Part shown: one piece after another, positions 13,312-27,128 of the stretch
Position numbering within the stretch: the stretch's first letter is position 1
Layout of the letters: the number at the start of each line of letters is the position of its first letter
Assembly: GCA_951406725.2 (NCBI GenBank)
Contig: OX597818.1
Span: forward strand, 112,530,001-112,594,000
Direction: 5' to 3'
DNA length: 64,000 bases
Origin: Octopus vulgaris
Taxonomy: Eukaryota
Position numbers and translations under genes: made by a program
Notes under the pieces: generated by a model
Told to the model about the DNA's origin: nothing
Database searches by the model: none
Seen by the model: only the letters and a program-made list of their open reading frames with translations

Positions 13312-13798
13312 TAACGGTAAGAGATTGGTTTCGTTTATTTGCTACTCCGTTTTTTGCGTATGTGAATCGCAGGGTTCGTCGTATTTGGAAAATCCACTTA
13401 TAGAAAATGGAAAAAACAGTCTTTGACTGCCATTTCTAATTCCTCCGGTATGCGGCGAGGCAGCCTGCTGCCCGCCCTTTAATTATTTTCACTATATACT
13501 GAACTTTCCAGAAGTTCCTGACGATGAATTTGTCATATTTACATACCGGAATTTTACCGGTAAATAATTGTTGGTTATATGAAAAACCACTGAAAAATTA
13601 TTTACCATTTTTATTGTATTACCATGTGGACTTCTTATTCCATTGCGATCGGCCAGGCGGCGCACACGGCAGAATTTTTGGAGGGAATATTTACGTTCTC
13701 AGTCATTACTTAGTTTTAGCATATGCACACCTCCCCCCACTATCTGATGTCGCTTGGTCAGAAGTGAGGGCCTGTGGCATTTGCTAAATCTATCGAAT

Positions 13799-13860
13799 AT
13801 GGTGTTGATAAAGGAAATCAAGCTATTTTCGTGCTTGTGATCTAGAAACATGTTCATCAT
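13799..13860 (+). ncRNA. Hammerhead-like motif with U3:A8 core (second unit)
   Basis: Identical to 13250-13311. Confidence 0.6.
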
Positions 13861-14163
13861 TAACGGTAAGAGATTGGTTTCGTTTATTTGCTACTCCGTT
13901 TTTTGCGTATGTGAATCGCAGGGTTCGTCGTATTTGGAAAATCCACTTATAGAAAATGGAAAAAACAGTCTTTGACTGCCATTTCTAATTCCTCCGGTAT
14001 GCGGCGAGGCAGCCTGCTGCCCGCCCTTTAATTATTTTCACTATATACTGAACTTTCCAGAAGTTCCTGACGATGAATTTGTCATATTTACATACCGGAA
14101 TTTTACCGGTAAATAATTGTTGGTTATATGAAAAACCACTGAAAAATTATTTACCATTTTTAT

Positions 14164-14194
<31 letters not shown>

Positions 14195-14916
14195 ATGTAT
14201 GTATATGTATGTATATTTGTGTATTTTTTTGTGTGTGTGTTTGTCCCCCCGAACATCGCTTGACAATCGACGCTGGTGACATTACGTCCCGTAACGTAGC
14301 GGTTTAGCAAAGTGGCCGATAAAATAAGTACTCAGCTTACAAAGAATAAGTTCTGGGGTCTATTTGATAGACTAAAGGTGGTGCTCCAGCATGGCTGCAG
14401 TCAAATGACTGAAACTTGAAACCAGTAAAAGATTAAAAGAATAAAATTACTTTGCTTTTGTTTCTTATTATTTTATTACTTCATTTTCGAAAAAAGATTC
14501 AAGAAATATTTGTTATCGAAGCAAGATCTTGAACTTCCTGAAAGCATCGAAAGTTTGACTATAGTAGTGATTCAACTGACATATTTGATATATTTCCGAC
14601 AGAAATATTGCTTTTGCTCCCATTGGTCATATTAGAGACGAGCTCGGAAAAGTAAAATTGATAAGATAAAAGATATAAAATTGCTTGAGTCTCACCGAAA
14701 AACGGTTAAAGAAACATGTGCTTGTTTAGTGATGTGCCTAAAGAGATCTTTACTTCAGTATTGTTCCTCGCAACCCCAGAAGGTTTTCATTTATATGAAT
14801 TAATGATATGTTTATATCCATATCACACTACACAGACATACGACGAAAGTCTCTTCAAAGCAAGAGAAGGGCTGCATTACTGCATTTACATGTCGCCTTT
14901 AAAGTCATACCGTTGA

Positions 14917-15289
14917 GGCCCTGTGGTTAGGCCAGCCGATTCGCAGTCACGGGATCTCGGATTCGATTCCAAGAGCGGGCGTTTTGAGTATTTATTGAGC
15001 AAAAACATCTAAAGCTCTACGAGGCTCCGGTAGGGGGTAGTGGTGAACCTTGCTGTACTCTTTCACCACAACTTTCTCTCACTCCTTGTTCCCGTTCTTG
15101 TTGTACCTGCATTTCAAAGGGCTATCCTTGGCACATTGTGTCACACTGAATCTCCCAGAGTACTACGTTAAGGGTTAAGGGTAACGTGTCAGTGCAGTGC
15201 TCAACTACTTGCACATAAATTTCACGAGCAGGTTGTTCCGTTGATCGGGTCGACTGGAACTCGCGTCGTCGTAATCGACGGAGTGCGAC
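14917..15289 (+). mobile_element. SINE family C
   Basis: Matches 53232-53601. Confidence 0.8.
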
Positions 15290-15609
15290 GGTTGTTGTAC
15301 GAGGAATAAACCCACGTGCAACTGCTATATGATTCTCAATCAATTTAAGAACACAGCATATAATTTCCTAAAGTTACAAAGAAATATTTGTGTAAATAAA
15401 CTGGGCTTGAAGCTCAAATGATTACATTTGTCTGGAAAAAAAACTCGTTTATTTTTATTGTGACTCGTTTTGCAATCTATAAATCTATATAATTTACTTT
15501 TTCAAGTTGAAATATTATTTAAAACTTAAAGTAATATTTACAGTTGAAAGCACTCTTCTATATTGCTATATTTTGGAAAATATTTTAGTTTGTTTAACAA
15601 AATCACTGT

Positions 15610-15610
15610 A

Positions 15611-15685
<75 letters not shown>

Positions 15686-15724
15686 TTATCTATCTCTCTC
15701 TATATATATATATCTGTCTGTATG

Positions 15725-15816
<92 letters not shown>

Positions 15817-15905
15817 TCTCTATCCATTTATTCACCTATCTGTCTACCGATATATATATATAGACATACACACACAAACATACACAAACATACACACACA
15901 CACAT
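15610..15905. repeat. Compound microsatellite (TCTA)n(TC)n(TA)n(CA)n
   Basis: Directly visible. Confidence 0.95.
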
Positions 15906-16349
15906 ATATGAATGCCTCTACGTGTACATATATGTATAAGTGGATATATGCAATGCAGTCAGTAAAAAGCTTAAAGATCAAAGCCATACATAAAATTTAC
16001 TCAATTACTAGAAACTGCAGAATTATTATTATTTATTTTCTTTCAGTAATACCAGACGTTGAATTAAGAGATTTTTGTCTCAATTTTTTATAGATAGTCA
16101 TGTCTGAAAAACCAAAAACAAAAAATACAATTCTAAGTAAACAAACAGTATAATCACCAACACACCCATACGTATGCATATAAATTAGTATGCATATGGG
16201 AGAGCATGGTTCGCTGTATCTAAATTGAGGAATATTTTTTTTAAATGGCCAACAATGAACGATCAGCGTGATTCATAAAAAAACTATTAGGCACCTTGTA
16301 TTCTTTTAGAAATACGATTATGTTAACATCTTTCTCCCCCGTCTTAAAA

Positions 16350-17205
16350 CATTATTCATTATAAAACATAATTCATTTAGGTACGTATTAACATCACCTC
16401 TTTCGAAATAGTCACTTTGCGCTGGAATACACTGGTCCCAGCGTTTCTGCCAGTTTTGGCACCCGGCCTGCAAGTCATTTTCCGTAAGCGAGTCGAGGAC
16501 CTTCTGCGATTCGGTCCGGATCTCGACAACGGTGTTAAAACGACGTCGTTTGAGCTGCATTTTCATATCGGAGAAATGCTGGAAGTCCGCAATTGCTAAA
16601 TCTGGCGAATACGGCGAGTGCGAGGGCGAGACCCTCATGTTTTGGAGAACTCGGTCACAGGGTACAATGCGTCTGTGAAGAATCAAATTTTTCCGCTCCA
16701 TGTACCCGGTCGCTTTCGCAATATGTCCTTCCACAAACCTTTCAAAATGTCGAGTTAGAACTCTTGGTTGACGGTCTGGGACTGAGTGGGAGGTATGTGG
16801 GTAGGGGTTGATGCAGAAATCACATTTCTGAGCGTAACACTCGTGGTAGGTCTTCGGAATCGCTCATCGTCTTCGAAGGAGGTTATTCTGCTTTTGAAGT
16901 GCCGGTGTCACTTGCAACTTTCTATACGACCCATTAATTCATCCCCGAAGCTTGCCGAAGCATGTTCAATGCCACTGTAGCAGTCTTGCCAAGTTTAATG
17001 CAAAACACCACATTGATTCTTTGTTCCTGTCAGTAACAGCAGGCAGCACACATAGATCTTCATAACTTGTAAAGTTTTCACAGCGATGTCACTTCGCACA
17101 CTGCTTTACGAAAGTTACTGCTAGGCCTCACTACCCACGTGACTGTGTGCTGCCTTTGTTGGCGCGCTACAGTACTAGTTCGAAGACCTTTTAATATCTC
17201 CTCTT
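16350..17205 (-). mobile_element. Internally deleted, frameshifted mariner transposon
   Basis: ORF 16318-16734 has HSPYSPDLAIADF...LKRRRF...WQKRWDQCI..QSDYFE (mariner YSPDLAP motif and C-terminus). An N-terminal remnant (EQRINV..KLGKTA...FEDDER) lies at about 16840-17030, and a TIR-like end lies near 17175-17205. Confidence 0.85.
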
Positions 17206-17250
17206 ATATATATATATATATGTGTATGTGTATGTATATAGATATGTATA

Positions 17251-17297
<47 letters not shown>

Positions 17298-17827
17298 CAC
17301 ACACATATATATATGTATATATATATATATATATACATAAAACACACCGAACTTAATGCTATTTGTATTTGTCCAACGACTATACATGAGATTTAGTATA
17401 TCATTGTTAGAATGAAATCAATACCTCCCTGTTCATATCTTTTCCTAATGACCACAACAGTCACCGCACTCAAGGGCTCCACTTTACGATCCATTAATAT
17501 TTATTTGGGACATGATCAACCTCCATATTTGTTGCTTTCCGATATGACTCTCATCATACAACGACCATAGACAATCATATATATCAGAATACGGTGTCGC
17601 TAATCTTCTGCAGTCTGCGTAAGGATTTGGAAACAAATCAACGAAAGACTTTTGTTGTGTCTGTTGGTGAATTTTATATTACATTTCAGCAGTCATTTAT
17701 CTTTGTATTTTGTGTTTCTTTCTGTATAAATGACCGGCAAACAATGCAACAATGTATGTAATACGGTAAGAAAAGTTGCTCAACTGGCCGAGAATAACCT
17801 ACTTTATCAATAGTCCTTTCTACACAT

Positions 17828-18215
17828 CGCGGTGAGTTGGCAGAAACGTTAACACGCCCGGCGAAATTCTTTGAGGTATTTCGTCTGTCGTTACGTTCTG
17901 AGTTCAAATTCCGCCGAGGTCGTCTTTGCCTTTCATTCTTTCGGGGTCGATAGATAAAGTACCAGTTTCGCACTGGAGTCGATGTAATCGACTTAATCCG
18001 TTTGTCCTCTCTGTGTATAGCCCAGTGTGGGTAGTAAAGAAATAGGTATTTCGTCTGTCTTTATGTTCTGAGTTCAAATTAAACCAAGGTCTACTTTGCC
18101 TTTCATCGTTTCGGGGTCGATAACTTAAGTACCAGTTGCCTATTGAGATCGATCTAATCGACTGACCCCCCTCCCCCAAACTTTCTGGCCTTGTACCTAG
18201 AGTAGAAAAGAATAT
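17828..18215 (+). mobile_element. SINE family A, dimeric form
   Basis: The head is followed by two successive cores with different 3' segments. Confidence 0.85.
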
Positions 18216-19444
18216 TCCTTTCTACTCAACTCACGTCAAAGATACTTTCGTTATATTTCATTAACACGACGACCATTTAATAGAGAAATTTAGCTTTGCT
18301 TTTGAAATATGTGTGTCTTCCATATTCCACGATATTGCATGTTTAATTATTGAGAAATTAGTAGCAGTTGTGTAGTAATTACCTTGCCAGTTCCATATCC
18401 TACAGGCATATATGCTATCTTATAAGTAAGAAAATATGGCATAAATTATGAGCAGTTGATAGTCATATAACAGATGCAGTACTTCCACGAGGGAGTTCCA
18501 TGTTGCTGCATTCATGTGCGTTTCCTGTCACATGGTAGGTTCATGCAGAACACTTGACAAATAGGAGATCCAATTTTTTTTAAAGAATAATATCGCCGAG
18601 ACGACGACGGTTTTATTTCTAGGGAACTTTCTAATTAAAAGGCGTCATAGTAATGCAACCTAGGTTGCTAATGCAAAATTTGTGCAGCTGCCATTATCAT
18701 AAACCGAGGGTATCTTTTAATGAAGAAAATGTAATTAAATGAAAACGATAATTATCTTCAAATGTTGTGTAATTCAAATTAGCTAATAAATAACTGATAG
18801 AAATATAAGAGAAGTACTACGGTACTACACCATATCTACAGTTAACATTACACAACGAAGAATAACCAATTAAAATATACACGTCACTTGAAATGCTACT
18901 CGTCCCAATCACTTGCTAGCCCTTAAGTAGATTCCAAAATTATCAGATGTGTATTCCTATAGATTTTCAACAGTTCAAAGAAACGTCGGGAGCCTGCCCT
19001 CTCATCAGACCAATCGCAAGGATTGTCCTCTGCATATATATCTTGGGGGAGTTTTTTATACGTGATTAACGTTCAATGATAGAAAAGACTACCAACAACT
19101 TTGGGGAAAATATACAGTCTTCATCATGCTACATTGAATACTGCTGTGACACGTGATAATTATATATACACTCAACACGTACAATTCGCACAACCAACTG
19201 ATAAACAACTACGTCTCACACATCCCACGAAGCTGCTTTATTGCCCGATTATAACTTCATAGAAGGCCCACCCGTTGCAATATCAACCACTAAAGTGTTT
19301 TGTCACAGGTAACTGTCTAAAGTTATCGGTAGCTTCTGTGACATCGAATTTCTTGTGAGAAACTTCAATTAGCTTTAGCTAAATTCAAACTTTACCGTTT
19401 TGAAGAAGAGGACAATTATATACTATATAGTCTTTATAAGGTGA

Positions 19445-19783
19445 AGGCGCATGACTCAGTTGTTATAGCGTCGAGCTTACGATCGTGAGGTTGTGAGCTC
19501 GAATCCCGGACCGGGCTGCGTGTTGTGTTCTTGAGAAAGACACTTTATTTTGCGTTGCTCCAGTCCACTCAACTGTAGAAATGAGTTGCGCTGTCACTGA
19601 TGCCAAGCTGTATCGGCCCCTTTGCCTTTCCCTTGGATAACACTGGTGGCGTGGAGAGGGGAGGCAGGTATGTATAGGCGACTGCTGGTCTTCCATGAAC
19701 AACCTTGCCCGGACTTGTGCCTGAGAGGGTAACTTTATAGGTGCAATCCCATGGTATGGTCAGTGCCGTGACGTAATGGGGTC
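19445..19783 (+). mobile_element. tRNA-derived SINE, family D
   Basis: tRNA-like head GGCGCATGACTCAGTTG...GAGCTCGAATCCCGG, followed by GTGTTGTGTTCTTGAGAAAGACACTTT (CORE/Meta-like central domain). Single copy in this window. Confidence 0.7.
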
Positions 19784-22059
19784 TAAGTTTTTATAATGTA
19801 ATACCCGAGAAATTGTTGGCGAGTTCGTGGTTTGCACGTCTTCGATCATAGAACAATATAATGCCAAACTGTCATGCAACTGAAAATGTCAGTGACCTAT
19901 AAACATTTCAAAGGAACATCACCATCCATAATTTCAGTATTATAGGAAGCCATGCAAATATTTTGAATATTACCGCTTCTCATCTGACTAGGGAAAAGAC
20001 AGTAAAAAATTAACAAATTTTCAACATCTTTATGCATTATTATGTACGTACAGAACTGAAAGTAATTCTTTTATTTGGAGCTTAACGATTGTTTACTTGT
20101 AGACATGTTCAATAACGTGCTGTTTGTATGAAAATTTAACAGGTTATGTATTTGTATTATGATACGTACGAAAGAATAAGTTCTTTTTTAATTAGTCGTA
20201 TGAGATGATTCCACCATATATTAGAAGATTCATTAATGCATGCACATCCTACAGACACGCACACAAATCATGTAATCGCACGTGGACACACAGACATACA
20301 CAAGTTATCTAATTTCTCAGTTGGTCGCGCTTGAGAGTCCAACCGGAAAATCTAATGATGTTCGCTTTTAAAAGAGCCCTATATAGGAGATGCTTCTGAA
20401 TTCTGCCAAAAAGTACCCACCTAGGAAAAGTGAACGGCGAAGTTAAGTCTGAATGTGTGTTTGTGTGCCACTACGCACACACGTGCGCGTACACACACAT
20501 ATATATAGCATATACGTGAGCTACAATTGCCGATTCAAAAATGGCCAATGACAGAAATTTAACTTCAAATTTGATGGATGATATATTAAATATCATACAA
20601 TATAAATTCTTTTTATACAGGAATATTACTGATAACAGCCATAGCCCCTACTCTCTATAAGAAGTGTGAATATGAGAAAGTTATTTCTCTTTTATTTCTG
20701 CGAAATAGATTCGAAACTGTTCTAAATTGGTTTATTATATCATTCTGTTCTAGAATTTTTTTGTATCTGTAATATATTAAAATCTAAGTAGTGTGTGAAC
20801 AAGAAGCTACAACTGTCTTACTGATGCAAAAATAACTGAAATCGCTTTTACAAAATCAGAATGTAATGTAAATCTTTGCCTGTGTTAATCTGACATTGGT
20901 AATAGTTACAGACAGGCCATTATACCTATTTGGGTGAGTTGTGGCATGTCAGAGCTTAAGTAGATATGTAAGATGTTAACTGACAGCTAATGATTTGAAA
21001 TAATTTCGCAGAAACCAAACATTCTACTAAAGTGTTCACCAGACCGATTCGTTTCATTAACTTTATTTTAAGAATATTTATCATATAATGACAGCCACAA
21101 TTCAATGGAGAGCAGGAAGTTTCGATTTCACGCCTGAAGTTTCTGTCATGATAAATAGTGTTAATTAGTTATGGAATAACATCTTCGTTATCTATCATAT
21201 ATGTTGCTAATTTAACCTTTTGGATATTACAACCATATTTCAACTAATCATTCTGTATAATACGAAACGGTGAGAAATTTTCTTATGAACAGACATTCCG
21301 TTTCTCCACCTCGACAAAAATCTACTAAGCGGCAGTATTTTATTTTATACACCTATAAAATTTGATCGAATGTGACAGGAGTAATATGTTTTTTTTTCTT
21401 TTTACATTGGCACTTGTAATTACTTGTAAATTATATTCTCTGCTGATTTGCGCAACATCTGTGTATCAAATCAATATTGTTAATAGCATCTTTAAGTTCA
21501 ATAAATCTACTCAGATGTGTCATTCGCTATGAAATTCTAATCATTGAATTACTAAACAACCGGGAATGTTTAGTGGTTTTTCATTTGTTTAAATTATAGA
21601 AAGTTCATTATTATAAATCCAGTGAGTTTTTTTAACATTATAATTTAATTAAGACATTATAATCATTAGTATGTTGCCCCTAAAAAAACTATAAAACAAT
21701 TGACGAGTGTAACCACTCGTTTAACTTATATATTTAGATACCAATGTGTTTGATGACAGATGTATATGACTCACAAAATAAAGCAAGTATGATGTGTTGA
21801 AGGCAAGAATGAAAGGATCGTTGGTAATTACAGGGGTCCCCCTTTTTATGTGACGTTGTACAACTGCTAATTATAAAACAAATTATTGATGGATACTCTC
21901 TGTCTCTGTGACATATCTATATACATATGTGAGAATGTGTGCGTGTACAAATGTTTTAGTTAATCTGTGTCATGTCTTAAATTGTTCAGTTTGCAGGATT
22001 AACAAGAGTCCCGTATAATGAAGATGAAGGAGACTGGGTTTTCAAATAGGAAATCTGTC

Positions 22060-22544
22060 GTGAGTAAACGTTTTCTTGATATGCTAAACTTTATTCTTAT
22101 TCTGCTCAATACCACAGATTTGCTTGTCAGTTGTTTGACCTTAACCAGTTGAGCATGTCCCTTAGTGGCTGACGATATGTGCATCTCTGATCACGAGCAG
22201 AAGTAGTGGGGGGAGCATCATAGCCATGTGTTGAGAGGGATTCTTTGGGGTTTGAATAGTTTACCTCTGGAAACATGGGTGGTTCTTTCAACATCCTTAA
22301 GCAACCCTTATTCAGGGACCGTTTGAGCGGGATGGGCTACTCAACCTGAAGAAAATTCTAACTGGGCCCCACCTCCAAGGTCATGTGCTGTTTATCTTGA
22401 CATGAGATCACCATGTCGCGCACATATGGTTGTGATGCATGTGCCTGGTGTACCTTTATCAGACGGGTAGTCATGATGGGTATATTGGGGTTCGTATATT
22501 TTACCCCAGTGTCACTTTGATGGCATGAACTGCTCTCTCACTCA

Positions 22545-22545
<1 letters not shown>
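22060..22545 (+). mobile_element. GC-richer non-coding segment ending at (TAA)n; probable 3' UTR of a retroelement
   Basis: Composition shifts from the flank, and the segment ends directly on the (TAA)n tract upstream of the Dong-like fragment. Confidence 0.35.
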
Positions 22546-22621
<76 letters not shown>

Positions 22622-22630
22622 AAGAAGAAG
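22546..22630. repeat. (TAA)n(GAA)n microsatellite
   Basis: Directly visible. Confidence 0.95.
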
Positions 22631-23121
22631 AAAAGGTCACAGAAAACGAGAAAGCAACCATACTCTGGGATATGCCGATACACACAGATAGAGAAATTAA
22701 GGCCAACAGACCAGATATAGTTGTCAGAGATCATGAAGAAAAAAATGCTTTCTAATTGATGTATCAATACCGGCAGATGACAACGTGTCTCTAAAAGAAA
22801 TGGAGAAACTCTCAAAATACAAAGACCTGGAAATAGAGGTAACTAGAATGTGGAACCTGAAAACAGAAACAATTCCTATCATAGTAGGTGCATTAGGCAT
22901 GATAAAAAAATATTCAGACAAATACATAACAAAAACACCAGGACTTACAAACACATATAACATACAGAAAATTGCACTACTAGGCACTGCACACATCCTA
23001 CGCAGAACACTTTCCATACAATAACCATCAGAGCATCACAACAAATCACAGCACATACCCAAGGCACACAGAGTTGCGCTCGGTAGTGAAGTGAAAGCAC
23101 GCTATAAAAATAAAACTACTG
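22631..23121 (+). mobile_element. 5'-truncated R4/Dong-clade non-LTR retrotransposon (restriction-like endonuclease domain plus 3' UTR)
   Basis: Translates as LWDMPIHTDREIKANRPDIVV..LIDVSIP..KEMEKLSKYKDL..W...PIIVGALG..QKIALLGTAHILRRTL (PD-(D/E)xK RLE, one frameshift). Ends in (AAT)n at 23122. Confidence 0.85.
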
Positions 23122-24811
23122 AATAATAATAATAATAATAAGAAGAAGAAGAATGTGTATCTACGTATTATATATATATATATATATATATATAGGGTGG
23201 GAAAAGGAGAGAGAAAAGAGAGAAAAAGAGAGGGAAAGATGTGATTGTGCTGGAAACATTGTTAAGGTTTGCATTATTCCAGATACTTCACTGGCAGCAA
23301 GATGGTGGATTCATTATCACACAGTACCAAACGTTTAGCAGCATTTCCTCCAAATTTACGTTCTGTCTTGAAATATTAATGCTGAGATCGATAAAATGAT
23401 TAAATAAATACCACTGGAACACTGTGTTTGATATGATCGACTTCCCTATCCCTCACGTATTCTGACCTCGTGCCAAAATATGAAAGGATTATCTTAGATG
23501 TTTCTAAGGCGTCCCAGGAGCTGAGTTGGGTGAACAATTGTTAGTGACGTTCCTTTCTACTCATTACGTTCGGAATATGAATTCCGCCAAGTCCTGCTTC
23601 GCTTTCATCGTTTCAGTGTCGATCTCATAAGTACCAGTTGAATGCTGGGGTCCATGTAATGGAAATACATTGTCTCTTGCAGTTACTTGCTTTCGCCAAT
23701 ATTGGAAACCATTATAACAGATACTTCAACCTGGCTGGACAGAATTACTTGGTATTACTATAATTAAACTTAAATATAAATTAATATTTTTTCCTAAAAT
23801 AAACAACATACAAAATATGAAAATTGCTTCTGGGGAAAAACAGAATTGTCTCATTCTATTCACAACAGCAGATTGCGAGTAAAATTTATGTTGTGGGGTA
23901 TCAACCAATATAATTTAGCCGATAAGATAGTATTTGAAATACCAGGCATTAGAAATAAAAATAGACGCCGTTTCTCTTACTTGCAGCACGTTTTAGCGTT
24001 CGTTCAAACATTAATGATAACTTTCGATTAAGTTCCACACGCAACTTGTGAATCGTCAACGTGTCTTTGGATATGCAAATTATGTACACTATCAGCATTA
24101 AAATGAAGTCACTGTACGATGAAATAAAGAATTGTTTTCAATGTTGCTGTCGATCGTCAATGAGATTAGAGGCAAAAATTTTAATTTGAATCAGGAAAGA
24201 CAAGAAAACACTTAAAGCGGTATAACTTAAAAGATTAGTCGGCGTCAGCCATTCTCTCGGCTATCTGCTAGTGTTTTTTTCACTTTGTTGGCATTATGTT
24301 TTTATCCCATGTAATACAAGTAGAATGCTAGGATTACGCACCCGCAAGAAAGACTTAGGTACAGGTTTGTGCTTAAGTGAAATTCCATCCAGACGAAACT
24401 CATTAGCAACTATTCAAAGTTTAGTAGATTTTTTTCATATCTCCCCATTGGGTTCCCCAAGCAAAACGAACCAGACAACAGATTAAATCCAATACTCATA
24501 ATTTTGGTTTTTATGAAAAATAAAATGCGATAGAAAATATATTTTGAAATGTAGAAGAATTGAGGATTGCTTCGGTTTTCTTTTCTCCTGAAAATATATT
24601 TCTTCGGTGTAAATCGATTCCATAAAGAAAGAATTTGTTTGGAATTTTTCAACATTAGTCGATTCTATCCATTTTATGCAAAATGGCGACAAAATGTGTG
24701 ATGTTAATGCCTAGAGTTATCGGTTTTGGTGATGCGTTGGAAAGAAAAGTATTTTGCACGGAATAGAAATTCGAATCGTGAAAATAAGAAAAAAGCATTT
24801 TTTTTTTCTAG

Positions 24812-26285
24812 TTTCAGCTCAGAGCTGCGGCCATGCTGATGCACCGCCGTTTTGTGCTACACTTTTGTTACGACGAACCTCGTCTAATATGTGCCACTTG
24901 GGGAAGAATGGAGTTTGATACAGCTACTCTCATTTGCACCTCTTGCCGTGAGGTAGGTTCATCTGGGACTCTTGACAGGAAGAGGTCCAGCTTTGATTTA
25001 AAAACCGCTACATCTACTTTGTGCAAGTTCCTCAGACTCTTTGGAAGAATATTAAAAAGCTGTGGGCCCTTGAAACCCAGGCTGTTGCAGAAGCTGGTCC
25101 TGAAGCGTGATGGCATTGCTGGGATCTTTGGCACTACGCAGTGTCGTCCCGTTCTAGCATTGGTGTAGCTTACAATGCCAAAATTTGGCACAAATCCTTC
25201 CAGGATCTTCCAGACATATATCACTGCATACCTCTCCCGTCTTCTCTCCAGGGAGTAGAGTCTTAGCTGTTTCAACCTTTCCCAGTAGCTGAGCTGTTGT
25301 AAAGAGACGATCTTCTTTGTGAATCTTCTCTTGGATTGCTTCAAGGTCCGCTGTTAATTTTACACTGGTGGGTGACCATAGCTGTGAGCAGTAATCCAGG
25401 CGACTGAGGACGAATGTCCGCCAGAGGACCATCATGGTTTCCTTATCTCTGGTTCTGAATGTTCTTAGGAACCACCTAGCCAGTCGTCTGCACTTTGTCG
25501 CAATCCTGGTAATGTGCACTTGGAAAGAGGTATCATCACTCATGTCAATACCCAGGTCCCTCACAAACTTAGGCTCTGGGATTGAAATTCCCTGTGGACC
25601 GGTGTATCCTGTAAGTTTAATATTCCGTTTTGGATGCTGGTTGCGCAAGGCCGGGAATTTTTCAGCATTAAACTGCATATTATTATCCTCAGCCCATCTG
25701 TAGATTGAGTCCAACTCCTGCTGCAGGTGTGCAACATCGCTGGAGTTCTGTATTTTCTGCGAGACTTTCGTATCGTCTGCATAGCTGGCCAGAGTGGCTA
25801 TCCGGGCATTTGAGGGCATATCTGAGAGGGCCACTATAAAAAGCAGTGGTCCCAAGACAGTGCCCTGTGGAACACCGCTCACTATTTGTGTGTTCTTAGA
25901 GGTGGCTCCATTAACCACTACTGCCTGACTCCTATCTTTCAGGAAGTCATGCAACCACACTCCAAGTTTTCCTGCTATGCTGAGGTCACGTAGTTTGTGG
26001 CATATCATACCATGATCCACCTTGTCAAAAGCTTTTGCAAAATCAAGGTAGATTACGTCCACATTTGATTTGTTGAGTAACTGCCTCAACACCCAATCAT
26101 AATATTGTAAGAGCTGGGTGAAACAGCTCCTACCTGGTCGAAAACCATGCTGGGTATTACTCAGCAAGTTATTTTCCTCAAGGAATGCGATTAGTTTCTT
26201 TCTGACTATCCGTTCCATGACTTTGCTGATGTGTGAAGTCAGAGAGATAGGCCTATAGTTTTTGGCATCTGCTCTACTTCCCCCA
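24812..26285 (-). mobile_element. 5'-truncated CR1-group LINE (reverse transcriptase domain, frameshifted)
   Basis: Motifs QHGFRPGRSC, YLDFAKAFDKVDH, SGVPQGTVLGPLLF, YADDTK and SYWERLKQL.LYSLERRRER; 3' end GGCGGTGC..CAGCATGGCCGCAG..CTGAAAC plus an A-rich tail. Confidence 0.95.
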
Positions 26286-26444
26286 TTTGATTACAGTTTA
26301 CAATTAATGTACACAAAATGCGATATTTTAATTCGATGAATCGAGTGGAGGATACACACCTGTGTGTGTGAGCATCGTCAAACTAAAACACCTGGTTGTT
26401 GTTTATACACCTGTCTCCGTCTTTTGTTTTTCTATAAGTTTCAT

Positions 26445-26483
<39 letters not shown>

Positions 26484-26570
26484 CATACATATACATACAT
26501 ATACATATATATATATGTACATATATTACATACATAGATACACACAGACACACACACACACATATATATA

Positions 26571-27128
26571 TGCGAGGATTAGTCAAAGAGTAATGTCATT
26601 TTGTTTAGGACAGGTATAATTACCAACACAGGAACATGTATTATACATCAAAACGAAGCTGGTCCTCTGTGGATCACATCCCTAATTCTCAACATAGTTA
26701 CAGTTTCTCTCAATAGCAATGTTCCACTTTCGAATGAGAGCATGTATCCCCTGCCCCGTAAAATTCTGTTGACTGTTCTTTGAGACACTTCTTCCGTACA
26801 GATTTCAATTCCTCGTCACTGGAATGTTTGCCTCTCAAACCCTCTTTCGTGTCGCCGAAGTGATGATAGTCCGAAGGCGCTAAATCGGGTGAGTGTGGAA
26901 GTACTGAAGAAGTGGCTCAAAGAACAGTCAACAGACTTTTACGGGGCAGGGATACATGCTCTCATTTGAAGTTGGAACATTGCTATTGAGAGAAACAGTG
27001 ACTAGATTGAGAAGTAGAGATGTGATTCACAGAGGACCAGCTTCATTTTGATGTAGGATACATGTTCCTGTGCTGGTAATTATATCTATCCAAAACAAAA
27101 TGGCATTACTTTTTGACTCACCCTCGCA
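26571..27128. mobile_element. Palindromic mariner-derived MITE made of two inverted 3' ends
   Basis: About 230-bp inverted arms ending in CGAGG.T.AGTCAAA.AGTAATG.CATT. The minus strand of the left part encodes PHSPDLAPSDYHHFG..KEGLRGK. Confidence 0.85.

Larger units (their letters stand above)
12991..14164 (+). mobile_element. 549-bp tandem repeat (2.1 units) with a 21-bp inverted leader; non-autonomous PLE/retrozyme-like
   Basis: TAAATAATTGTTGG recurs at 13012, 13561 and 14110. 12991-13011 is the reverse complement of 13101-13121. (TA)n lies on both sides. Confidence 0.85.
12809..14440 (+). mobile_element. SINE family B interrupted by a 1.17-kb insertion in its internal (TA)n
   Basis: Head at 12809-12963 and tail at about 14200-14440 match 59562-59978. 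Confidence 0.85.

Noticed and set aside
13515-13610. CTGACGA in the 549-bp unit as a second hammerhead
   Set aside because: No compatible stem I or stem II with any downstream GAAA.
26320-26447. Possible HHR remnant (TCGATGA...GATACACACCTGTGTGTG) beside (TA)n
   Set aside because: Both core halves are mutated and the stems cannot be verified; it may be an older relic.
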